A stretch of 64,000 nucleotides of DNA from Acidimicrobiales bacterium (GTDB taxonomy: Bacteria; Actinomycetota; Acidimicrobiia; Acidimicrobiales; VFJN01). The stretch is from the NCBI GenBank assembly GCA_035697145.1, contig DASSDL010000224.1:4484-68483 (forward strand), written 5' to 3'. A program made the translations under genes and the position numbers. The notes under the pieces are model-generated. The model was not told the origin of the DNA. It saw only the letters and a program-made list of their open reading frames with translations, and searched no databases. Positions within the stretch are counted from its first letter, which is position 1. Every line of letters begins with the position of its first letter. Positions 36,381 to 43,883 of the stretch are shown here, in pieces.

Positions 36381-36585
36381 GACAGGGGGAAAAACCTGCC
36401 CGCCATGTGATGAGGGTGCGCCGACGGTATTACCGGTCGATTAGCGAGGCGGTGGTCCACTAGCCCCGAACGCACGCCTTCCCGGTCTGCTCCGGCCCTC
36501 CGCTGTGTGCTCGACGCCAGCGCGTCGTGGACGTCGACGCCGGGAGTGGCCACCGCCCGGATGATGGGCCGGCGGCGTGCTCGGC

Positions 36586-36837
36586 TCACATGTCGTCGTC
36601 GCTGCCGCGGGTGGCCGGCTCGGGATAGAGGTGCTCTAGCTCGCCCGGCTGGATGCGTGAGCGGCCGATGAAGTCGTCGACTTCGTGTGCCCGGAGCCGA
36701 ATGACCCGGCCGAACCTGTAGGCGGGGAGCTCGCCATGGTCGATGAAGCGGTACAGGGTGCGGGGCGTGATGCCGAGGCGACGCGCCGCTTCTTGAGTCG
36801 AGAGCCACTCGGTCTCGTCGGTGTTCACGGCACACAC
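36586..36837 (-). CDS. excisionase/MerR-type helix-turn-helix DNA-binding protein
   Basis: WLSTQEAARRLGITPRTLYRFIDHGELPAYRFGRVIRLRAHEVDDFI matches the Xis-family HTH pattern (..T..EAA..LG.S..T.YR.I..G.LPA.R.GR...I....L..F.). Divergent from cpaB. Confidence 0.75.
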   Translation of the reverse strand: MCAVNTDETEWLSTQEAARRLGITPRTLYRFIDHGELPAYRFGRVIRLRAHEVDDFIGRSRIQPGELEHLYPEPATRGSDDDM

Positions 36838-36930
36838 CTTACTCCCTCGCGTGGTGTTTTGGCATCTTTCGGTCTAATCCTCACCGGAGCCGAACGAGTC
36901 GGCTAGGGTGTAGTCGCTTCCTCACGCCTA

Positions 36931-37713
36931 GTGAGTGAAGGGGCGATCGGGCTGTGGGGCGCCGGACCGCGCTGGGAGGTGCTCAACGGACGCGATGGTG
37001 ACGCGAGCGGTACGAGCGATGACGCGATGGTCATGACGCGCCCGGGCAACGGTGCCGATGCTCCGGCGCCGAGTGGCGTCGCAGGCCGCGCGATCGACAG
37101 GCGGATGGGTCTGCCCGGCGCCCGCGCCATCCTGGGCGGGCTGCTGGTCGCCGTCGCCGGCGTGTGCACCTTCGTAGCCTGGCAGCACGCGTCGGGTGCC
37201 GCCCGCGAGTCCTATGCGGTGGCGGCCCGGCCGATCCACCCGGGCGAGTCGCTCACCGCCGACGACATCCGTTTCGAGCCCATCGATCTGCCGGCCCACC
37301 TGTCGGCCGCCGCGTTCACCGACGCGTCCGGCATCGAGGGCCGGGTGGCGCTGGGACCGATTGGCGACGGCGAGCTGGTGCAGCTCGGTCAGGTGAGCGA
37401 TCCCGCGCCGGCGAGCCCCGCTGCGGAGCTGTCGTTCTCCATCGCCCGCGATCGTGCGGTCGACGGGCGCCTGCGCAGTGGCGACCTCGTCGACGTGTTC
37501 GTGACCGACGACGGCGGCACCACGGCGGTGGCCGAGGGTGTGCAGATCGTCGACGCCGTGACCCACGACGGCGGGTCCTTCGGCACTACCGGCGAGCTGA
37601 CGATCACCGTGACCATCACAGATCCGGAGTTGCGCGAACCGCTCATCCAAGCGGTGCGCGAGGGAGAGGTCACTCTCGTTCGCAGCACGCACCTGTCCCG
37701 CGAGGGTGGTTGA
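36931..37713 (+). CDS. cpaB: Flp pilus assembly protein CpaB/RcpC (SAF domain)
   Basis: TM segment ILGGLLVAVAGVCTFVAW, then AVAARPIHPGESLTADDIRFEPIDLP (SAF). The start is uncertain: GTG 36931 or an ATG near 37030. Confidence 0.7.
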   Translation: MSEGAIGLWGAGPRWEVLNGRDGDASGTSDDAMVMTRPGNGADAPAPSGVAGRAIDRRMGLPGARAILGGLLVAVAGVCTFVAWQHASGAARESYAVAARPIHPGESLTADDIRFEPIDLPAHLSAAAFTDASGIEGRVALGPIGDGELVQLGQVSDPAPASPAAELSFSIARDRAVDGRLRSGDLVDVFVTDDGGTTAVAEGVQIVDAVTHDGGSFGTTGELTITVTITDPELREPLIQAVREGEVTLVRSTHLSREGG

Positions 37714-39050
37714 TGGCCACCGACCGCTACGTCGTCCTTGGACTCGCCCGGGCGCGCGCGGCGTGGTTCGGGCAGGTGGCGCGCTGGGCGACCGCCGCGG
37801 CACTGCCGGTCGATTTCGTCAAGACGGTGTCGGGCGAGGAGGTGCGGGCCCGCCTGCGCTCGGGCCGCCCGTTCTCGGCGCTGCTGGTCGACGGGGGACT
37901 GGCGGCGCTCGACCGTGACCTGATCGACCTCGCTGGCCGCCACGGTTGCGCGGTCATTGCGGTCGACGACGGGCGGTCGGCCCGGTCGTGGCGCGACCTC
38001 GGCGTGGCGGCGGTGCTTCCCGCCGACGTCGAACGGGGAGTGTTGCTGGACGCCCTCCGCGCGGTGGCGCAACCCATCGCCCGCCGCGACGACTCGGCGG
38101 ACCTTCCCGACCCGGTGGACCCGGCGCCCGCACGCTGGCGGGGTCGGTCGGTGGCCGTGACCGGCTCGGGTGGCGTTGGTCGCTCGACGCTGGCGATGGC
38201 CATTGCCGCGGGGTTGGCGGCCGATCCTCGGGATGCCGGCTTGGTGCTTCTCGCCGACCTGGCGCTCCACGCGCAACAGGCACTGCTGCACGACGCCGGC
38301 GACGTCTTGCCCGGCGTCGCGGAGCTGGCCGATGCTTGCCGGGGCACGGCGCTCGACTCCGCCGAGGTGCGGAGGCTCTGCTTCTCGGTGCCGACCCGCG
38401 GCTACGACCTGCTGCTGGGGCTGCGACGCCACCGGGACTGGACGGCACTGCGGCCCCGGGCCGTGGCGGTCGCCCTCGACGGTGTGCGGCGCGCCTACCG
38501 GGTCGTGGTGAGCGACGTCGACCCTGACGTCGAGGGCGAGGCAGAGTGCGGATCGCTCGACGTAGAGGACCGGAACCTGCTGGCCCGTACGGCCCTCCGG
38601 AACGCCGAGGTAGTCCTGGTGGTTGGCCACCCGGGAATGGCGGCCGTCCATGCGCAGCTGCGGGTCGTGCGCGACCTCGTCGAATTCGGCGTCGCCGGCG
38701 CCCGGATCGTGCCCGTCGTCAACCGGGCGCCCCGCGGCCCGCGGCAGAGAGCCGAGCTCGCGGCCACGCTCGCGGGCACGTTGCTGGCGGCCGCGTGTCC
38801 CGGCGTCACCCTGGCCTCGACCCCGATCTTCGTCCCCGAGCGACGCCGGCTCGACGACCTGGTCAGGGACGGCGCACCCCTGCCGCCACAGATCGTCCGC
38901 CCGGTCACAGGAGCGGTCCGGGCGTTGCTCGACCGAACGCCCGAGCTACCGGCGCCGCCCCGGCCGCCCGAACCCGTGGTGGTGGCGCCCGGATCCCTGG
39001 GTAGCTGGGCCGCCGACGATGGCGAGCCCGACGAGAAGGCTGGGTCGTGA
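37713..39050 (+). CDS. tadZ: TadZ/CpaE (Ssd-like) ParA/MinD-family pilus localisation protein, degenerate P-loop
   Basis: ATG 37713 shares one nt with the cpaB stop. Receiver-like N-domain, then VAVTGSGGVGRSTLAMA in place of the deviant Walker A KGGxGK[ST]. Confidence 0.75.
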   Translation: MATDRYVVLGLARARAAWFGQVARWATAAALPVDFVKTVSGEEVRARLRSGRPFSALLVDGGLAALDRDLIDLAGRHGCAVIAVDDGRSARSWRDLGVAAVLPADVERGVLLDALRAVAQPIARRDDSADLPDPVDPAPARWRGRSVAVTGSGGVGRSTLAMAIAAGLAADPRDAGLVLLADLALHAQQALLHDAGDVLPGVAELADACRGTALDSAEVRRLCFSVPTRGYDLLLGLRRHRDWTALRPRAVAVALDGVRRAYRVVVSDVDPDVEGEAECGSLDVEDRNLLARTALRNAEVVLVVGHPGMAAVHAQLRVVRDLVEFGVAGARIVPVVNRAPRGPRQRAELAATLAGTLLAAACPGVTLASTPIFVPERRRLDDLVRDGAPLPPQIVRPVTGAVRALLDRTPELPAPPRPPEPVVVAPGSLGSWAADDGEPDEKAGS

Positions 39051-40408
39051 CCCCGTCCACGTGGCGGCCCGAACGCCTCGCCGGCGCCACGCCGTCACCG
39101 CTGGTCGAGATCGAGCGCCTCGTCCAGGAGCGGGCCAAGGACGTATCGCTGGAGATGTCGTCCCCGGGGGGAGAAGCCAAGCTCAGGGCGCTCATCGCGG
39201 AGGAGGTGGCGCGCTGGGGCGACGACCACCGACGCGGGCGGCGGCCGTTTGCACTCGCCGATCCCGATCAGGTCGTCGAGCGCGCCTTCCGCAACCTGGC
39301 GCGCTACGGCCCACTCACCCCGCTGCTCGACGACGACGACGTGTGGGAGATCATGGTGAACGATCCCCAGACGGTGTTCGTGCGCCGCCATCGTGGCCAG
39401 TCGGGGTACCACGACGAGGTCTTCCACGACGACGACCACGTGCTGCGGACGCTGACCAAGCTGCTCGACGACGCGTCCAGCGCCCACCGCAAGCTCGATC
39501 CGGCCGACGGCCTCCAGGACGCGCAGCTCGACGACGGCGCGCGGGTCCACATCGTCCACGGGGACGTCGCGCGCGGCGGGCATGTGCTCGTGAACATCCG
39601 GAAGTTCACGGGCATCCCGTTCGCCTCGCTCGACGAGCTGGTCGGGCGGGGCATGCTCACGGCACGGGTGGCGGCGTTCCTACGGGCCTGTGTGCAGGCG
39701 CGGCTCTCGATCGTGTTCGCCGGCCATCCCGGCGCCGGCAAGACGACGCTGCTGTCGTGCACCGCGGCCGAGCTCGACCCGGCGCTGCGGGTGGTGGTGG
39801 CCGAGGAGGTGTTCGAGGCCGACATTCCGCTGCCCAACGTCGCCCACATGCAGACCCGCGCGGCCCGCTCGGACCGCGAGCCGGTCGACCTGCGGCGGTT
39901 GGTGGCGGGATTCCTGCGCATGGCACCCGACGTGGCCATCGTTGGCGAGGTGCGGGACCGCGAGGCGCTGCCCCTGCTCCTGACGCTGTCGTCGGGGGTC
40001 ACCGGGTTCACGACGATCCACGCCGGGTCGGCGCGCCAGGCGCTGACCCGGTTGCGGTTCGTGTGCCAGCTCGCCGACGCGCCAGGCGGGCTGCCGCTGG
40101 CGGCGCTCAACACGCTGGTGAGCGAGAGCATCGACGTGGTCGTGCACTGCACCCGCACGGCCGGCGGGCCGCGGGTGACCGAGCTCGTCATGGTCGAGGA
40201 CCTGCAGGGCGGGCTCGACGCCACGCAGTTCACGGTCACCGAGGTGTTCCGGCGGCCCGGGCCCGACCAGGCGCTGGCGTGGACCGGCAACCTGCCCGTC
40301 CGGGCCGCTCGAGCGTTGGCTGACGCCGGTCATGATGTCCGGCGGCTGCTGGACGATCGTTCCGGCGCCGGTGTCGAGCGCCTCGAGGTTCGGGGGGCGA
40401 TCGTATGA
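39047..40408 (+). CDS. tadA: Tad secretion ATPase CpaF/TadA
   Basis: GTGA overlap with tadZ. FAGHPGAGKTTLL (Walker A), RMAPDVAIVGEVRDREA, TGFTTIHAGSA. Confidence 0.95.
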   Translation: MTPSTWRPERLAGATPSPLVEIERLVQERAKDVSLEMSSPGGEAKLRALIAEEVARWGDDHRRGRRPFALADPDQVVERAFRNLARYGPLTPLLDDDDVWEIMVNDPQTVFVRRHRGQSGYHDEVFHDDDHVLRTLTKLLDDASSAHRKLDPADGLQDAQLDDGARVHIVHGDVARGGHVLVNIRKFTGIPFASLDELVGRGMLTARVAAFLRACVQARLSIVFAGHPGAGKTTLLSCTAAELDPALRVVVAEEVFEADIPLPNVAHMQTRAARSDREPVDLRRLVAGFLRMAPDVAIVGEVRDREALPLLLTLSSGVTGFTTIHAGSARQALTRLRFVCQLADAPGGLPLAALNTLVSESIDVVVHCTRTAGGPRVTELVMVEDLQGGLDATQFTVTEVFRRPGPDQALAWTGNLPVRAARALADAGHDVRRLLDDRSGAGVERLEVRGAIV

Positions 40409-40554
40409 GCGAGCGTCCGTCGAGGGTGACGGGGAAGCACGGTGAGAGCGAGCCGAGGGCCCGAGCGGCCCGCCGCCGTAGGCGGCAAGAGCGGGAGTCG
40501 ACGCGTCGGAGCCCGAGCGGCCCGCTGCGAAGCAGCAAGAGCGGGAAGCGATGA
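40405..40554 (+). repeat. intercistronic ATGA-to-ATGA mini-ORF repeat, copy A (49 codons, internally duplicated)
   Basis: The ATG overlaps the tadA TGA and the TGA overlaps the tadB ATG. Its 5' 14 nt and its 3' 24 nt (plus the terminal ATGA) are identical to the reverse-strand copy at 63905-63985. Confidence 0.8.
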
Positions 40555-41435
40555 CCGGGCTCGTGGTGGCGCTCTGTGCTGCCGTCGGGACCTACTACCT
40601 GTACACGGCGCTGGTGCTCGGCTGGCGGGGACTGCGCCCGGGTCCGCCGGTGGCGCGGCCGGCCCCGAGTCGGCGCGGCGCGTCGGACTGGCTCGCGCAG
40701 GCGGGCGTGGGTGACGTCAGCGTGCGGCAGTTCGTGCTTGTCACCGCGGCGCTGATGGCGTTGGGGGCCCTCGGCGGACTGGCCCTGTTCGGCGCGGCCC
40801 TTCCGGCGTTGGTCCTGGCCCTGTGCGTCGGGGCCGCTCCGTTCGCGTCCTACCGGGTGCGCCGCCAGCAGCTGCGGGCCGCCGCCCAGGAGGCCTGGCC
40901 GCGACTGATCGAGGAGATCCGCATCCGCACCTCGGGCCTGGGCCGGTCGGTGCCCCAGGCCCTGTTCGAGGCGGGTGAACGGGCGCCCGCCAGCCTCCGT
41001 CCGGCGTTCGCAGCGGCGCAGCGGGAATGGGTGCTCTCGACGGACTTCGAGCGCACGGTGGCGGTTCTGAAGGACGGGCTGGCGGATCCCACCGCGGACG
41101 CCGCCTGCGAGACCCTGCTGGTGGCGCACGAGGTGGGCGGCAGCGACCTCGACCGGCGGCTGGAGGCGCTGATCGAGGACCGCGTGATCGACGTCCAGGG
41201 CCGCAAGGACGCGCGTTCGAAGCAGGCCGGCGTGCGCTTCGCACGACGGTTCGTGCTCCTCGTCCCGTTGGGCATGGCGCTGGTGGGCATGTCGGTTGGC
41301 AACGGGCGGGCGGCCTACGCCACACCGTGGGGCCAGACGATGGTCGTCATCGGGATCACCTCGGTGGTGGCGTGCTGGGTGTGGGCGGGGCGGCTGCTCA
41401 GGCTGCCCGAAGAGCAGCGGGTCTTCTTCGAGTAG
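40551..41435 (+). CDS. tadB: Tad platform protein TadB (T2SS F family)
   Basis: 294 aa. N-terminal TM, cytoplasmic helical domain, C-terminal TM pair. Position directly after tadA. Confidence 0.85.
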   Translation: MTGLVVALCAAVGTYYLYTALVLGWRGLRPGPPVARPAPSRRGASDWLAQAGVGDVSVRQFVLVTAALMALGALGGLALFGAALPALVLALCVGAAPFASYRVRRQQLRAAAQEAWPRLIEEIRIRTSGLGRSVPQALFEAGERAPASLRPAFAAAQREWVLSTDFERTVAVLKDGLADPTADAACETLLVAHEVGGSDLDRRLEALIEDRVIDVQGRKDARSKQAGVRFARRFVLLVPLGMALVGMSVGNGRAAYATPWGQTMVVIGITSVVACWVWAGRLLRLPEEQRVFFE

Positions 41436-41454
41436 GCGTGGTCGAGGAGGTGAG

Positions 41455-42369
41455 GTGAACCAGACTCAGCTGTTGGCGACGGGGGCGCTGGCGCTGTTCG
41501 CCGGCACGACGCTGCTGCTGAGCCGGATCCGGTGGTTCCGGCGGCGGCCGCTGGTGGACCGCTTGGCGCCCTATGTTCCCGGTGGGTCGACGGCGCGGAG
41601 TACCAGCGTCCTGCTGTCGGCGGACACCTTCGGGCAGGTGATCGGGCCCGTGGCCCGAGCCGTGGGGGAGCGGGTGGCACGGGCGGTGGGCGTGACCGAG
41701 TCGCTGGCGCTGCGGCTCGAGCGGATCGGATCGACGCTCGACGTCACCGCCTTCCGGGTCCGCCAGCTGGCATGGGCCGCGGTCGGCCTGGTGGCCGGAA
41801 CCGTCGTCGCCGTGGCCACCCAGCAGTCGGGACCGGTGGCACTGCTCCTGATCGTGACCGGGCCGTTGATCGGCTTGCTGGTGGTCGAGCAGCGCCTGGC
41901 CTTGGAATCGCAGGCGTGGCAGCGCCGCATCGTCCTGGAGCTTCCGGTCGTGGCCGAGCAGCTCGGCATGCTGCTGTCGGCCGGCTATTCGTTGGGTGCC
42001 GGGCTCAGCCGGCTGGCCGCCCGCGGCAAGGGCGCGTGCGGCCGGGACCTACAAAGGGTGGTCGGCCGCATCCGCCAAGGGCTGTCGGAGACCGAGGCGT
42101 TGCGGGAATGGGCGACGGTGGCCGACGTCGACGCCCTCCACCGGCTGGTCGGGGTCCTGGCGCTCAACCGCCAGTCAGGCGACCTGGGGCGGTTGATCGG
42201 CGAGGAGGCCCGGGCGATCCGCCGCGACGTCCATCGAGAGCTGATCGAGACCATCGAGCGCCGCGGTCAGCAGGTCTGGATCCCGGTAACCGTCGCCGCG
42301 CTGGTACCAGGTGTCATCTTCCTGGCGGTGCCGTTCATCGACGCCCTCAGCCTGTTCGCCAACTCGTGA
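41455..42369 (+). CDS. tadC: Tad platform protein TadC (T2SS F family)
   Basis: GTG 41455 preceded by GAGGAGG. LPVVAEQLGMLLSAGYSLGAGL motif of the T2SSF domain. Confidence 0.85.
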   Translation: MNQTQLLATGALALFAGTTLLLSRIRWFRRRPLVDRLAPYVPGGSTARSTSVLLSADTFGQVIGPVARAVGERVARAVGVTESLALRLERIGSTLDVTAFRVRQLAWAAVGLVAGTVVAVATQQSGPVALLLIVTGPLIGLLVVEQRLALESQAWQRRIVLELPVVAEQLGMLLSAGYSLGAGLSRLAARGKGACGRDLQRVVGRIRQGLSETEALREWATVADVDALHRLVGVLALNRQSGDLGRLIGEEARAIRRDVHRELIETIERRGQQVWIPVTVAALVPGVIFLAVPFIDALSLFANS

Positions 42370-42380
42370 AGGAGTCAGTC

Positions 42381-42566
42381 ATGTCATTGTCAAGTGCCCA
42401 GGGCACGAGGTTCGGTCGAGACGATCGCGGCGAAGGGGTCATCTCGGCAGCGATCGCCGTGCTGATCATGGCGTTCCTCGGGGCGCTGATGTGGGTCGGG
42501 TTCAAGTCGATGTGGGACACCACCGAGCAGAAGACCAACGACCAGATCGAGCAGATCGGGGGGTGA
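42381..42566 (+). CDS. flp: Flp-type (class III signal peptide) pilin candidate, atypical
   Basis: 61 aa, GAAGGAG 7 nt upstream. MSLSSAQGTRFGRDDRGEG|VISAAIAVLIMAFLGALMWVGF: basic leader + Gly + hydrophobic helix. The position after tadC matches actinobacterial Flp genes, but it lacks the G/xxxxEY Glu-Tyr. Confidence 0.55.
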   Translation: MSLSSAQGTRFGRDDRGEGVISAAIAVLIMAFLGALMWVGFKSMWDTTEQKTNDQIEQIGG

Positions 42567-42964
42567 GGGATGACCGCGGCGTGGGGTTGGTACCCACCGC
42601 CGCCGGGTTCGTGGTGTTCCTCCTGTTCCTGTTGCTGGCGGTGCAGGTGCTCTACGGCCTGTACGCCACGTCCACGGTGCGGGGGGCGCTGAACGACGCC
42701 GCGTCGCGCGCCGCCAACGGACGGAGCACCCAGGTCCAGCTGGAGCGGTTGGCGGACGACGCCGAGCGGTCGTTGGGACCGATGGGTCAACGCACGACGA
42801 TCCGGCTGCGCCTGGTGGACGACGACGCCGACGGGATGCCGGACGTGGTGGCCGGCTCGGCGGTGGCCGACCCGCCCCGGTTCGTGCCGCCACCACTCGG
42901 CGGTGTCGCCGGGCTCGATGACATAGACGTGTCGGTGCGGGTGCGGATCGAACGGTTTCGGTGA
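42563..42964 (+). CDS. TadE-like pseudopilin
   Basis: GTG 42563 forms GTGA with the flp stop. DDRGVGLVPTAAGFVVFLLFLLLAVQVLYGL N-terminus. Confidence 0.6.
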   Translation: MRDDRGVGLVPTAAGFVVFLLFLLLAVQVLYGLYATSTVRGALNDAASRAANGRSTQVQLERLADDAERSLGPMGQRTTIRLRLVDDDADGMPDVVAGSAVADPPRFVPPPLGGVAGLDDIDVSVRVRIERFR

Positions 42965-43010
42965 ACCGTCTACGGGCGGTCCACGAACGAGGCGACGGTA
43001 GGTTTCCGTC

Positions 43011-43883
43011 GTGAACGATCCCCGGGAGCCCGGTACCGGCACCGACTTCCGGTCGGGTTTCGTGAGCCTGGTCGGCAGGCCCAACGTGGGGAAGTCGACG
43101 CTGCTCAACCGCATCCTCGGGCACAAGGTCGCAATCGTCTCCGACAAGCCCCAGACCACGCGGCATCGGATCCAGGGGGTCCTCAACCGGCCGGGCGCCC
43201 AGGCCGTGTTCGTCGACACGCCCGGCATCCACAAGCCCCGTACCGCGCTGGGTGAGCGGCTCAACGTGGCCGCCGAGTCGGCCATTGGGGACGTCGACGT
43301 GGTGGTGCTGGTGCTCGACGCCACGCAGCCACTGGGGCGCGGCGACCGCTGGGTGGCGGAGCGCGTGCCCGCCGACGCGGTGGTCGTCGTCAACAAGGTC
43401 GACATCGCCCGCCCGGCCGCTGTGCTCGAGCAGCTGCGCGCCGCCGCCGAGCTCGACCTCGCAGAATACTTCCCGCTGTCGGCCCGCACGGGGGCCGGGG
43501 TGGACGAACTGGTCGACCACGTCGTCGAGCGACTGCCGGCCGGACCGCGGTACTTCCCGGAGGACATGGTCACCGACGTGCCCGAGGCGTTCTGGGTGGC
43601 CGAGCTGGTGCGCGAGCAATTGCTGGCGGTGGCGCGGGAAGAGCTGCCCCATTCGATCGCCACCCGCGTGACCGAGTGGGACTGGCCACTCATTCGCTGC
43701 GAGATCCTCGTGGAGCGCGACTCGCAGAAGGGCATCGTCATCGGCCATCGGGGCGAGGTCCTCAAGCAGGTCGGCACCGCGGTGCGCTCGCAGCTTCCCG
43801 ACGGCGCCTACCTCGAGCTGCATGTCAAGGTCGACAAGGATTGGCAGCGCCGGCCGGCCGCTCTGGACCGATTGGGGTTCTAG
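43011..43883 (+). CDS. era: GTPase Era
   Basis: FRSGFVSLVGRPNVGKSTLLN (G1), DTPG, NKVD, C-terminal KH domain. Confidence 0.95.
   Translation: MNDPREPGTGTDFRSGFVSLVGRPNVGKSTLLNRILGHKVAIVSDKPQTTRHRIQGVLNRPGAQAVFVDTPGIHKPRTALGERLNVAAESAIGDVDVVVLVLDATQPLGRGDRWVAERVPADAVVVVNKVDIARPAAVLEQLRAAAELDLAEYFPLSARTGAGVDELVDHVVERLPAGPRYFPEDMVTDVPEAFWVAELVREQLLAVAREELPHSIATRVTEWDWPLIRCEILVERDSQKGIVIGHRGEVLKQVGTAVRSQLPDGAYLELHVKVDKDWQRRPAALDRLGF

Noticed and set aside
36586-36837. Excisionase-family gene as a marker of a prophage or integrative element.
   Set aside because: There is no integrase, no flanking direct repeats, no tRNA target and no phage-like genes within reach. It is more likely a stand-alone MerR/Xis-fold regulator.
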